Source: the human T2T-CHM13v2.0 reference genome, Homo sapiens
NCBI RefSeq assembly: GCF_009914755.1
Contig: NC_060935.1
DNA length: 64,000 nt
Reading direction: 5' to 3' (one strand)
A program made the position numbers and the translations under genes. This document shows, piece after piece, positions 1 through 14,600 of the stretch. Each line of letters starts with the position of its first letter. Position 1 is the stretch's first letter. Under the pieces are notes generated by a model. That model worked only from the letters and a program-made list of their open reading frames with translations, was not told the origin of the DNA and did no database searches.

Positions 1-3000
1 TCCGCTCTGTGAGATGAATGCACACATCAAAAAAAAGTTTCTCAGAAAATTTCTGTCTAGCTTTTATGTGAAGATAATTCCTTTTTCAAAATATGCCTCA
101 AAGGGCTCTCAAATATCCCTTTGCAGATTCTACAAAAGACTTTTTCCAAACTGCTCAAGAAAAAGAAAGGTTCAACTCTGTGAGATGAATGCATACATCA
201 CAAAGTCGTTTCTCAGATAGCTTCTGTCTAGTTTTTATGTGAAGATATTCCCTTTTTCACCTTTGGCCACAAAGGGATCCCAAATATTTATTTGCAGATT
301 CTACAAAAAGACAGTCTCCAAACTGCTCAATCAAAAGAAAGTTTCAACTCTGTTAAATGAATAAACCCATCACAAAGAAGTTTCTCATAAAGCTTCTGTC
401 TAGTTTTCATTTGAAGATATTTCCTTTTTCTCCATTGGCCTCAAATCGCTCAGAAATATCCCTTTGCAGATTCTACAAAAAACGGTTTCCAAACTGCTCA
501 ACCAAAAGAATGGTACAGCTCTGGGAGATGAAAGCACACATCACAAAGAAGTTCCTCAAAAAACTTCTCTCTAGTTTTTATATGAAGATATTTCCTTTTT
601 CAGCATAGGCCTGACAGCGCCCACAAATATCACTTTGCAGATTCTAGAAAAAGACTGTTTCCAAAGTGCTCAATCAAAAGATAGTTTCAGCTCTGTGAGA
701 TGAATCCACACATCAATAAAAAGTTTATCAGAATATTTCTGTCTAGTTTTTATGTGAAGATAATTCCTTTCTCAAAATATGCATCGAAGGGCTCTGAAAT
801 ATCCCTTTGCAGATTCTAGAAAAAAACCGTTTCCAAACTGCTCAATCAAAAGAAATGTTCAACTCTGTGAGATGAATGCACAGGTTACAAAGATGTTTCT
901 GAGAAAGCTTCTGTCTAGTTTTTATGTGATGATATTTTCTTTTTCAGCATAGGCCTGAAAGCACCCACAAATATCACTTTGCAGATTCTAGAAAAAGACT
1001 GTTTCCAAACTGCTCAATCAAAAGATAGTTTCAGCTCTGTGAGATGAATCCACACATCAATAAAAAGTTTATCAGAAAATTTCTGTCTAGTTTTTATGTG
1101 AAGATAATTCCTTTTTCAAAATATGCCTTGAAAGGCTCCAAAATATACCTTTGCAGATTCTAGAAAAAAACTGTTTCCAAACTGCTCAATGAAAAGAAAT
1201 TTTCAACTCTGTGACATGAATGCACACATCACACAGAAGTTCCTGAGAAAGCTTCTGCCTAGTTTTTATGTGAAGATATTTCCTTTTTCACCATAGTCCT
1301 CGAAGGACTCCCAAATATCCCTTTCCGGATTCCTCAAAAAGAATGTTTCCAAACTGCTCAATCAAAGGAAGGTTCAAATCTGAGAGATGAATGCATATAT
1401 CACAAAGACGTTTCTCAGAAAACTTCTGTCTAGTTTTTGTGATGATACTTCCTTTTTCACCAAAGGCTTCAAAATGATTCCAAATATCCCTTTGCAGATT
1501 TTATAAAAAGACAGTTTCAAAACTTGTCAATCAAAAGAAAGGTTCATCTCTGTGACATGAATGCACACATCTCAAATAAGTTTCTCAGAGAGCTTCTGTC
1601 TAGTTTTTGTGTGAAGATATTTCCCTTTTCACCGTAGTCCTCGAAGGGCTCCCAAATATCCCTTTGCAGATTCTACTAAAAGAATCTGTCAAAACTGCTC
1701 AATGAAAAGAAAGGTAAAACTCTGTCAGGTGAGTACACACATCACAAAGAAGTTTCCCAAAAAGCTTCCTTCCAGTTTTTACATGAAGATATTTACTTTT
1801 TCATCTTAGGCCTCAAACCACTGAGAAATATACCTTTGCAGATTCCTCAAAAAGAATGTTACAAACTGCTCAATCAAAGGAAGGTTCAAATCAGAGAGAT
1901 GAATGCACATATCACAAATAAGTTTCTCAGAAATCTTCTGTCTTTTTTTTATGTGATGATATTTGCTTTTTCACCATAGGCCTCAAACGGATTCCAAATA
2001 TCCCTTTGCAGATTTTATAAAAAGAGTTTCAAAACTGGTCAATCCAAAGAAACGTTCAACTCTGTGACATGAATGAACACATCACAAAGAAGTTTCTCAG
2101 AGAGATTCTGTCTAGTTTTATGTGAAGATATTTCCCTTTTCATTGTAGTCCTTGAAGGGCTCCCAAATATCCCTTTGCAGATTCCACAAAAAAGAATCCG
2201 TCCAAAATGCTCAATGAAAAGAAAGGTACAACTCTGTCAGATGAATACACACATCACAAAGAAGTTTCCCAAAAAGCTTCCATCTAGTTTTTGCATGAAG
2301 ATATTTCCTTTTTCACCACAGGCCTCAAACCTCTGAGAAATATCCCTTTGCAGATTCTACAAAGAGACAGTTACCAAAATGCTCAATCAAAAGAAAGTTT
2401 CAATTCTGTTAGATGAATGCACACGTCACAAATAAGTTTCTCAGTAATTTTCTGTCTAGTTTTTATGTGAAGATATTCCCTTTCTAACCATAGGCTTCAA
2501 GTGGATTCAAAATATCACTTTGCAGATCTAAAAAAAAGATTGTTTCAAAACTGCACAATCAAAAGAAAGGTTCAAGTCTGTGAGATGAATGCACGCATCT
2601 CAAATATTTTGTCAGAAAGATTCTGTCTAGTTTTCATGTGAACCTATTTCCTTTTTCACCACAGGCCTTAAAGTGCTCCCAAATATCCCATTGCAGATTG
2701 TACAAAAAGACTGTTTCCTAGCTTCTCAATCAAAAGAAAGTTTCAACTCTGTGAGATGAATACACACATCAAAAAGAAGTTTCCCAGAAAGCTTCTGTCT
2801 AGTTTTTATGTGAACATATTTTCTTTTTTACCATAGGCCTCAAAGGGCTCCCAAATATCCCTTTGCAGATTCTACAAAAAGACATTTTCCAAACTGCTCA
2901 ATCAAAAGAAAGTGTCAATTCCATGAGGCGAATGCAAAAATCACATAGAAGTTCCTTAGAAAGATTCCATCTAGTTTTTATGTGAAGATATTTCCCATTT

Positions 3001-6000
3001 CACCATAGGTATCAAAGGGCTCCCAAATATCCCTCTGCAGATTCTACTAATAGGCTGTTTCCAAACTGATCAATGAAAGGAAAGGTTCAAATCTGTGAGG
3101 TGAATACACACAACACAAAGAAGTTTCTCAGAAAGCTTCTGCCTACTTTTTATGTGAAGATATTTCCTTTCTCATCATATGCCTCAACCCTCTCGGAAAT
3201 ATCCATTCGCTGATTGTACAAAAAGACTCTTTCCAAACTGCTCAATCAAAAGAAATGTTCAACTCTATTTATTGAATACACACATCAGAAATAAGTTTCT
3301 GAGAAAGCTTCTGTCTAGTTTTTATGTGAGGACATTTCCTTTTTCAACATAGGCCTCAGAGGGCTACAAACTATCCCTTTGCAGATTCCTCAAAAAGAAT
3401 GTTTCCAAAGAGCTCAATCAAAGGAAGGTTCAAATCTGAGAGATGAATGCACATATCACAAATAAGTTTCTCAGAAAGCTTCTATTTTTTATGTGATGAT
3501 ATTTGCTTTTTCACCGTAGGCCTCAAACGGATTCCAAATATCCCTTTGCAGATTTTATAAAAAGACAGTTTCAAAACTGGTCAATCAAAAGAAAGGTTCA
3601 ACTCTGTGACATGAATGCACACAACACAAAGAAGATTCTCAGAGAGCTTCTGTCTAGTTATTATGTGAAGATATTGCTCTTTTTACCATAGTCCTTGAAG
3701 GGCTCCCAAATATCCCTTTGCAGATTCTACAAAAAGAACCTCTCCAAACTGCACAATGAAAAGAAAGGTAAAACTCTGTCAGGTGAATACACACATCACA
3801 AAGAAGTTTGGCAAAATGCTTCCATCCAGTTTTTACACGAAGATATTTCCTTTTTCACCATAGGCCTCAAACCTCTGAGAAATATACCTTTGCAGATTCT
3901 ACAAAAAGACAGTTTCCAAACTGCTCAATCAAAAGAAAGGCTCAACTCTGTTAGATGAATGCACACATCGCAAAGAAGTTTCTCAGTAATTTTCTGTCTA
4001 GTTTTTACGTGAAGATATTCCCTTTTTCACCATAGGCCTCAAATGGATTCAAAATATCACTTTGCAGATCTACAAAATACTGTTTCAAAACTGCTCAATC
4101 AAAAGAAAGGTTCAACTCTGTGAGATGAATGCACGCATCTCAAATATTTTGTCAGAAAGATTCTGTCTACTTTTTATGTGAACATACTTCCTTTTTCACC
4201 ACAGGCCTCAAATCACTCCCAAATATCCCATTGCAGATTCTACAAAAGGACCATTTCCTAGCTTCTCAATCAAACGAAAGTTTCAACTCTGTGAGATGAA
4301 TACACACATCATGAAGAAGTTTCCCAGAAAGCTTCTGTCTAGTTTTTATGTGAACATATTTTCTTTTTCACCATAGGTCTCAAAGGGCTCCCAAATATCC
4401 CTTTGCAGATTCTACAAAAAGACTCTTTCCAAACTGCTCAATCAAAAGAAAGTTTCAACTCTGTGTGTTGAATGCACACATCATGAAGAAGTTTCTGAGA
4501 AAGCTTCTGTGTAGTTTTTATGTGAAGATATTTCCTTTTTCACCACGGGCCTCAAAGTGCTCGCAAATATCCCTTTGCAGATTCTAAAAAAAGAGTGTGT
4601 CCAAACTGCTCAATCAAAAGAAAGTTTCAACTCTGTGAGATGAATGCACACATCACCGAGAAGTTTGTCAGAAAGCTCCTGTCTAGTTTTTATGTGAAGA
4701 TATTCCCTTTTTCAGCATGGCCTCAAAGGGATTCCAAATATCCCTTTTCAGATTCTACAAAAAGACTGTTTCCAAACTGCTCAGTCAAAAGAAAGGTTCC
4801 ACTCTGTGAGATGAATGCACACATCACAAAGTAGTTTCTCAGAAAGCTTCTGTCTAGCTTTTGTGTGAACATATTTCCTTTTTCATAACAGGCCTCAAAG
4901 GGCTCCCAAATATCCCTTTGCAGATTCTACCAAAAGTCTGTTTCCAAACTGCTCAATCAAAAGAATATTTCAACTCTGTTAGATGAATGCATGCATCACA
5001 AACAAGTTTCTCAGAAATCTTCAATCTAGTTTTTATGTGAAGATATTCCCTTTTTCAACAAAGGCCTCAAACTGCTCCAAAATATGCCATTGCACATTCT
5101 AGAATAAGACTGTTTCCAAACTGCTCAATCAAAAGAAATGTTCAACTTTTGAGATGAATGCACTCATTACAAAGAAGTTTCTGAGAAAGAATCTGTCTAG
5201 TTTTTATGTGAAGATATTTCCTTTTTAACCATAGGCCTGAAACCACTTAGAAATATCCCCTTGGAGATTCTAGAAAAATACTGTTTCCAAACTGCTGAAT
5301 CAAAAGAAAGTTTCAGCTCTGTAGGATGAATGCACGCATCACAAAGAAGTTTCTCAGAAAGCTTCTGTCTACTTTTTGTGTGAGGATATTTCCTTTTCTA
5401 CCATAGGCCTCAATACCCTGAGATATATCCCTTTGCAGATTCTAGAAAAAGACAGTTACCAAACTGCTCAATCAAATGAAAGTTTCAAGTCTGTGAGATG
5501 AATACACAAATCACAAAGAAGTTTCCCAGAAGGCTTCTGTCTATTTTTATGTGAAGATATTTCCTGTTTCATCATAGGCCTCAAAGTGACCTCAAATGTC
5601 CTTTTGCAGATTCTACAAAAAGACTGTTTCCAAACTTCTCAATAAAAAGGAAGTTTCAATTATGTGAGATGAATGCACACGACACAAAGGAGTTTCTCAG
5701 AAAATTTCTATTTGGTTTTTATGTGAAGATAATTCCTTTTTCAAAATAGGCCTCAAAGGGCTCCGAAATATCCCCTTGCAGATTTCACAAAAAGACTGCT
5801 TCCAAACTGCTCAATCAAAAGAAAGGTTCAACTCGGTGTGATGAATGCACACAGCACTAAGGAGTTCCTCAGAAATCTTCTGTCTAGTTTTTATGTGAAA
5901 ATATTTCCTTTTTTCACCATATTCCTCGAAGGGCTCCCAAATATCCCTTTGCAGATTCTACAAAAAGACTCTTTCCATACTGCAAAATTGAAACTAAGTT

Positions 6001-9000
6001 TCAACTCTGAGAGACAGATGCACACATCACAAAGAAGCTTTCCAGAAAGTTTCTGTCTAGTTTTTATGTGAAGATATTTCCTTTTTCACCATATGCCTCA
6101 CTGCACCCTCAAATATCACTTTGCAGATGCTACAAAAGGACTATTTCCAGCTGCTCAATCAAAAGAAATTTTCAACTCTGTGAGATGAATGCACTCATCA
6201 CAAAGAAGTTTCTCAGAAAGCTTCTGTCTAGTTTTCATGTGAAGATATTTCCTTTTTTACCATAAGCCTCAAAGGGATCCCATATATCATGTTGCAGGTT
6301 GTACAAAAAGACTGTTTCTGAACTGTTCAATCAAAGGAAAGTTTTAGGACTGTGAGATGAATGCACAATTACAAACAAGTTCCTCTGAAATGTACTATCT
6401 ACTTTTTCTGTGAAGGTAATTCCTTTTTCAAAATAGGCCTCAGAGGGCTCCCAAATATCCCTTTGCAGATTCTAGAAAAAGGATGTTTCCTAACTGCTCA
6501 ATTAAAAGACAATTGCAACTCTGTTAGATGAATGCAAGCATAACAAACAAGTTTCTCAGAAATCTTTGGTCTTCTTTTTATGTGAAGATATTCTCTTTTC
6601 ACCAAAGGCCTTGAACTGCTCTGAAATGTTCCTTTGCACATTCTAGACTAAGACCGTTTCCAAACTGCTCAATCAAAACAAAGTTTCAACTCTGTGAGGT
6701 GAATGCACACATCACAAAGAAATTTCTCAGAAAGTTTCTGTCTAGTTTTTTTGTGAAGATATTTCATTTTTCACCATAAGCCATAAATGGCTGAAAAGTA
6801 TCCCTTTGGGGATTCTATAAAAAGACTGTTTCCAAACTGCTCAATCAAAAGAAAGATTCAAGTTTGTGAGATGAATGGACACAACAGAAGAAGTTTCTCA
6901 GAATGCATCTGTATAGTTTTTATGTGAAGATATTTCCTATTTCAGCATAGGCCTCAAATCACTCAGAAATATCCCTTTGCAGATTCTACAAAATGACGTT
7001 CTCAAATTGCTCAATCAAAAGAAAGTTTCAACTCTGTGAGATTAATGCACACATCACTCAGAAGTTCCTCAGAAATATTCTGCCTCGTTTTTATGTTAAT
7101 ATGTTTCCTTTTTCACAATAGGCCACAAACTGCTCTGCGATATCCCTTTGCAGATTATACAAAAAGATGGTTTCCAAACTGCTTAATCAAAAGAAAGTTT
7201 CAGCTCTGTCAGATGTATGCACACATTACAAAGACGTTTGTCAGAATCATTCTGTCTAGTTTTTATGTGGAAATATTTCCTTTTTCACTGTAGGCCACAA
7301 ATGGCTCAAAAATATCACTTGTAGATTCTACAAAAAGACTGTTTACACACTGCTTAGTCAAAAGTAAATTTGAACTCTTTGAGATGAATGCATGCATCAC
7401 AAAGACCTTTCTCAGAAAGCTTCTGTCTAGTTTTAATGTGAATATATTCCCCACCATAGGCCTGAAAAAGCACTCAAGGGTCCCATTGCAGATTCTACAA
7501 AATGAGTATTTCCAAACTGCTCAATCAAAAGAATGGTTCAAGTCTGTGAGATGAATTCACACATCACAAAGAAGTTTCACAGAAAGCTTCTGTCTAGTTT
7601 TTATGTGAAGATATTTCCTTTTTCACCATAAGCCTCAAACCGCTCAGAAATATCCCTTTGCAGATTCTATAAAAAGACTGTTTCCAAACTGCTCAAACAA
7701 AAGAAAGGTTCAACTCTTTGAGTTGAATGCACACATCACAAAAAGTTTCTCAAAAAGCTTTCGTGTAGTTTTTTTATGAACATATTTCCTTTTTCACAAT
7801 AGGCCTCAAAAAGCTCAGAAATATCCCTTTACGGATTCTACAAGAAGACTGTTTCCAAACTGCATAATCAAAAGAAAATTTCAACTGTGTGAGACGAATG
7901 CACACATCACAAAGAAGTTTCTCAAAAAGCTTCTGAGTAGTTTTTATGTGAACATATTTCCTTTTTCACAATAGGTCTCAAGCCACTCAGAAATATCCCT
8001 TTGTGGATTCTACAAAAGACTGTTTCCAAACTGCTCAAACAGAAGAAAGTTTTAGCTCTCTGAGGTGAATGCATACATAACAAAGATGTTTCTCAGAAAG
8101 GTTCTGTCTAGTTTTTATGTGATGATATTTCCTTATTCATCATAGGCCTCAAACCACCTTCTAGTATCCCTTTTCAGATTCTAGAAAAGGACTGTATCAA
8201 AACTGCTCTATCAAAACAAAGTTTCAACTCTGTAAGTTGAAAGCCCACAGTGAAAAGAAGATTATCAGGAAGATTGTCTAGTTTTTATGTGAAGATATAT
8301 CCTTTTTCACCATAGGCCTCAAACTACTCAGAAATATCCCTTTGCAGATTCTACAAAAAGACTGTTTCCAAATTGCTCAATCAAAAGAATGGTTCAACAC
8401 TGTGAGATGAATTCACACATCACAAAGAAGTTTCTCAGAAAGTTTCTGTCTAGTTTTCATGTGAAGATATTTCCTTTTTCACCATAGTCCTCAAAGGGAT
8501 CCCAAATATTCCTTTGCAGATTCTACAAAAAGACGGTTTCCAAACTGCTAAATCAAAAGAAAGCTTTCACTCTGTGAGATGAATGCACACATCACAAAGA
8601 AGTTCTTCAGAAAGCTGCTTTCTAGTTTTTATGTGAAGATATTTCCTTTTTCACCATAGACCTCGAACGGCTCCCAAATATTCCTTTGCAGATTCTATAA
8701 AAAGACTGTTTCCAAACTGCTCAATCAAAATAAAGTTTCAACTCTGTGAGTTTAATTCACACATCACAAAGAAGTTTCTCCGTAAGCTTCTGTCTAGTTT
8801 ATTTTGAAGATATTTCCTTTTTCACAATAGACCACAAACTGCTCAGAAATATCCCTTTGCAGATTCTACAAAATGATGCTTTCCAAACTGTTCAATCAAA
8901 AGACAGCTTCAAATCTGTGAGATGAATGCATGCATCACAAAGAAGTTTTTCAGAATGCTTCTGTCTAGTTTTTAAGTGAAGATATTCCCTTTTTTAACAT

Positions 9001-11645
9001 TGGCCTCAAAGGGATCCTAAATATCCATATTCAAATTCTAGAAAAAGACTGTTTCCAAACTGCTCAATCAAAAGTAAGTTTCAACTCTGTGAGATGAATG
9101 CACGCATCACAAAGAAGTTTCTCAGAAAGCTTCTCTCCAGTTTTTATGTGAAGATATTTCCTTTTTCACCATAGGCCTCAATGCGCCTTCAAATATCACT
9201 TTGCAGATTCTACAAAAGACTGTTTCCAAACGGCTCAATCAAAAGAAGCTTTCAACTGTGTGAGATGAATGCACACATCACAAAAGGGTATCTCAGAAAA
9301 TTTCTGTCTAGTTTTTATGTGAAGATAATTCCATTTTCAAAATGGGCCTGAAAGGTCTCCAAAATGTCCCATTTCACATTCTAGAAAAAGAGTGTTCCCA
9401 AACTGCTCCACCAATAGAAAAGTTCAACTTTGTGAGGCGAATGCAGACATCACAAAGAGGTATCTCAGAAAGCTTCTGTCTAGTTTTTATGTGAAGATAT
9501 TCCCTTTTTTAACATTGGCCTCATAGGGATCCAAAATATCCGTTTTCAGATTGTAGAAAAAGACTGTTTCCAAACTGCTCAATTGAAAGAAAGTTTCAAC
9601 TCTGAGAAATAAATGCACACATCACAAAGAAGTTTCTCAGAAAGCTTCTGTCTAGTTTTTTGTGCAGATATTTCCTTTTTCACCATAGGCCTCAAACTGC
9701 TCAGAAATATCCCTTTGAAGATTCTACAAAAAGACTCTATCCAAACTGCTCTTTCAAAAGAAAGGTTCAACTCTGTGAGATGAATGTGCACATCACAAAG
9801 GAATTTATCAGAAAGCTTCTGTCTAGTTTTTATGTGAAGATATTTCCTTTTTCACCATAGGCATCAAATGGCTCCCAAATATCACTTTGCAGATTCTACA
9901 AAAATACTGTTTCCAAAATGCTCAACCAAAAGAAAGGTTCAACTCTGTGCATTGAATCCATGCATCAAAAGGAAGTTTCTCAGCAAACTTCTGTCTAGTT
10001 TTTATGTGAAGATATTTCCTTATTCACCACAGGCCTCAAAATGCTCAGAAATATCCCCTTGCAGATTCTAGAAAAAGACTATTTCCAAACTTCTCAATCA
10101 AAAGAAAGGTTCAACTCTGTGATATGAATGCACACATCACAAAGAAGCTTCTTAGAAAGACTCTATCTAGTTTCTTGTGAAGATATTTCCTTTTTCACCT
10201 TAGGTGTCAAGTATTTCAGAAACATCCCTTTGCAGATTCTACAAACACACTGTTTCCAAACTGCTCAATCAAAAATAGGTTCAACACTGTGATATGAATG
10301 CATTCATCACAGAAGAGTTTCTCAGAAAAAATGTGTCCAATTTTTATGTAAAGAAAATTTCTTTTTCAAAATAGGCCTCTAAAGTTTCCCAAATATCCCT
10401 TTGCCGATTCTAAAAAAAGACTGCTTCAAAACTGCTCAATTGAAAGAAAGGTTTAACTCTGTGAGATGAATGCACACATCACAAAATGTTTCTGAGAAAG
10501 CTTCTGACTAGTGTTTCTGTGAGGATATTTCCTTTTTCTCCATGGGCCTCAAAGGGTTCCCACATATCCATTTGTAGATTCTGCAAAAAGAATTTTTCCA
10601 GACTGCTCAATCAAAAGAAAATTTCAACTCTGTGAGATGTATACATGCATCACAAAGAAGTTTCTCAGAAAGCTTCTGTCTAGTTTTTATGTGAAGATAT
10701 TTTCTTTCTCAAAATTGGCACCAAAAGGCCCTCAAATATCCCTTTGCAGATACTACAAAAAAACTGTTTCCAAACTGCTCAATCAAATAAAGTTTCAACT
10801 CTGTGAGTTGAATGAACACAAAACAAACAAGTTTCTCAGAAAGCTTCTGTCTAGTTTTTTTGTGAAGATATTTCCTTTTTCACCATAGGCCTTACACCGC
10901 AGAGAAATATCCCTTTGCAGATCCTACAAAAACACTGTTTCAAAACTGCACAATCAAAAGAAAGTTTCAGCTCTCTGAGATGAATGCACACATCACAAAG
11001 AAAAAAATTCTCGGAAAACTTCTGTGTAGCTTTTATGTGAATATATTTCCTTTTTCACCATAGGCCTCAAAGCCCCCTCAAATATCCCATGTAGATTCTA
11101 TGAAAAAACTGTGTCCAAGCTGCTCAATCAAAAGAAAGTTTCAACTCTGTGAGAGGAAAGCACACATCTTCAAATGTGTGAGATGAATGCACACATCACA
11201 CAGAAGTTCCTCAGAAAGCTTCTGTCTAGTTTTTATGTGAGGGTATTTCCTTTTTAACCATAGGCCTCAAGCTGCTCAGAAATATCCCTTTGCAGATTCT
11301 ACAAAAAGGCAGTTTCCAAACTGCTCAATCAAAGGGACATTTGAGGACACTTCTCTGAAAGCCTCTGTCTAGTTATTATGTAAAGATATTCACTTTTTCA
11401 CCATTGGCCTCAAAAGACTACCAATATCCCTTTGCAGATTCTACAAAAGGACTGTTTCCAAACTGCTCAATCAAAAGAAAGGTTCAACTGTGTGAGATGA
11501 ATGCACACATCACAAAGAAGTATTTCAGAAGGCTTCTGTCTCAGGTTTTTTGAAGATATTCCATTTTTCACCATAGTCCTCAAAGGGATAAAATATATCC
11601 CTTTGCAGATTCTACAAAAAGAGTTTTTTTTTTTTCACCATAGGC
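1..11645 (-). repeat. Monomeric (divergent) alpha satellite array, reverse of conventional orientation
   Basis: Continuous ~171-bp tandem repeats of CTCTGTGAGATGAATGCACACATCACAAAGAAGTTTCTCAGAAAGCTTCTGTCTAGTTTTTATGTGAAGATATTTCCTTTTTCACCATAGGCCTC..., the reverse complement of the primate alpha satellite consensus. Neighbouring monomers are clearly divergent. Confidence 0.98.
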
Positions 11646-14600
11646 TTTCCGAGAAACTTCATTGTAATGAGCGCATTCATCTCGCAGAGTGGAACGTTTC
11701 TTTTGATTGAGCAGTTTGGAAACACTCTTTTTGTAGTATCTGCAAATGGATATTGGGAGCGCTTTGAGGCCTATAGCTGAAAAGGAAATATCTTCACATA
11801 AAAACTAGACAGAAGCATTCCAAGAAACTTCTTTGAGATGTGTGCATTCATCTCACAGAGTTGAAAATTTCTTTTGACTGAGCAGTTTGGATACAGTCTT
11901 TTTGTAATATCTGCAAAGGGATAATTTGAAGACCTTTGAGTTATATGGTGGCAAAGAAAATATCTTCCATAAAAACTAGACAGAAGGATCCTGAAAATCT
12001 TCTTTGTGATGAGTGCATTCATCTCAGAGTTGAAACTTTCTTTTGGTTGAACAGTTTGGAAACAGTCTTTTTGTAGAATCTGTAAAGGGATATTTGGGAT
12101 CCCTTTGAGGACTATGGTGAAAAAGGGAATATCTTCAAAAAAGACTAGACATAAGCTTTCTGAAAGACTTCTTTGTGATGTGTGCATTCATCTCACGGAG
12201 TTGGACCTTTCTTTTGATTGAGCAGTTTGGAAACAGTCTTTTAATAGAATCGGCAAAGGGATATTTGGAGCCCTTTGAAGAGCTGAAAAAGGAAATATCT
12301 TCATATAAAAACTAGGTAGAAGCTTTCTGAGAAACATAATTGTGACGTGTGAATTCATCTCACAGAGTTGAACCTTTCTTTTGATTGAGCAGTTTGGAAA
12401 CAGTCTTTTAAGAGAATTTTCAAAGTGATATTTCTCAGTGATTTGAGGCCTAAGGTGAAAAAAAGAATATATCTTTACATAAAAACTAGAGAGAAGTTTT
12501 CTGATTAACTTATTTCTGATATGTGCATTCATCTCATATTGTTGAACATTACTTTTGATTGAGCAGATTGGAAACAGTCTTTTTGCAGAGTCTGCAAAGG
12601 GATAATTGGGATCCCTTTGAGGACTATGATGAAAAAAAATATCTTCACATAAAAACTAGACAGAATCATTCTGAGAAACTTCTTTGTGATGTGTGCATTC
12701 ATCTCACATAGTTGAACCTTTCTTTTGATTGAGCAGTTTAGAAACAGTCTTTTTGTAAAATCTGTCAAGGGATATTTGTCTCCAGTTTGAGGCCTATGGT
12801 GAAAAAGGAAATATCTTCACATAAAAACTAGAAAGAAGCTTTCTGAGAAACTTCTTTGTGATGGGTGGATTCATCAAACAGAGTAGAACCTTTCTTTTGA
12901 TTGAGCAGTTTGGAAAAAGTCTTTTTGTAGAATCTGCAAAGGGATATTTGTGGACACTTTGAGGCCTACGTTGAAAAAGTAACCTTTTCACATGAAAACT
13001 AGAGAGAAGATTTCTGAGAAACTTCTTTGTGATGTGAGCATTCATCTCACAGAGTTGAAACTTTCCTTTGGTTGAGCAATTTGTAAACAGTCTTTTGTAG
13101 AATCTGTAAAGGGATATTTGGGACCCCTTTGAGGTCTAATGTGAAAAAGGAAATATCTTCAAATAGAAACTAGACAGAAGTTTTCTGAGAAACTTATTTG
13201 TGATGTGTGCATTCACCTCAAAGAGTTTAACCTTTCTTTTGATTGAGCAGTTTGGAATCAGTCTTTTTCTAGAATCTGCAAAGGGATATTTTTGAGGGAT
13301 TTGAGGACTACAGTGAATAAGGAAATATCTTCTAAGAAAAACTACACAGAAGCTTTCAGGGAAAATTGTTTGTGATGTGTGCATTCAACTCAAGGAATTA
13401 AAATTTTTATTTGATTGAGCAGTTAGGAAACAGTCTTTTGGTAGAACATGCAAATTGATATTTGGGAGTCCTTTGAGGGCCTATGGTGAAAAAGGAAATA
13501 TGTTCACATAAATACTAGACACAAGCTTTCAGAGAAGCTTCTTTTTGATGTGTGCATTCAACTCACAGAGTTGAACCTTACTTTCGATTGAGCAGTTTTG
13601 AAAGTCTTTTTGTAGAATCTGCAAAGGGATATTTGGGATACCTTTGAGGACCATGGTGAAAAAGGGAATATCTTCACAAAAAAACTAGACAGAAGCTTTC
13701 TGGGAAACGTCTTTGTGACGTGTCTATTCATCTCACTGAGTTGAACCTTTCTTTTGTTTGAGCAGTTGGGAAACAGTCTTCTTGTAAATTCTGCAAAGGG
13801 ATATTTGGAGCCCTTTGAGGCCTACGGTGAAAAAGCAAATATCTTCACGTAAAAACTAGTCAGAAGCTTTCTGAGAAACTTCTTTGTGATGTGTAAATTC
13901 ATCTGCCAGAGTTGAACCTTTATTTTGATTGAGCAGTTTGGAAACAGTTTTCTTGTAGGATTTGCAAAAGGATATTTGGGAGCCCTTTGAAGCTCATGGT
14001 GAAAAAGGAAATATGTTCACATAAAAATTGTACAGAAGTTTTCTGAGAAACTTCTTTGTGATGCGTGTATTCATCTGACAGAGTTCAACCTTTGTTTTGA
14101 TTGAGTAGTTTGGAATCAGTCTTTTTGTAGAATCTGCAAAGGGATATTTGGGATCCATTTGAGGCCCATGGTAAAAAAGGGAATATCTTCACGTAAAAAC
14201 TAGACAGATTCTTTCTGAGAAACTTATTTGTGATGTGTGTGTTCATCTCACAGAGTTGAAGCTTTCTTTTGATTGAGCAGTTTGGAAACAGTCTTTTTGT
14301 AGAATCTGCAAAAGGATATTTCTGAGTGGTTTGAGGCCAGTGGTGAAAAGGTAAATATCTTCACATAAAAACTAGACCGAATATTTCTGAGAAAAGTCTT
14401 TGTGATGTGTGCATTCATCTCACAGAATAGAAACTTTCTTTTGATTGAGCAGCTTGGACACAGTCTTTTTGTAGAATCTGCAAAAGGATGTTTGTGGGTA
14501 CTTTGAGGCCTATAGTAAAAAAGGGAATATTTTCATATAAAAACTAGACAGAAATTTTCTGAGAAACTTATTTGTGATGTGTGCATTCATTTCCCAGAGT

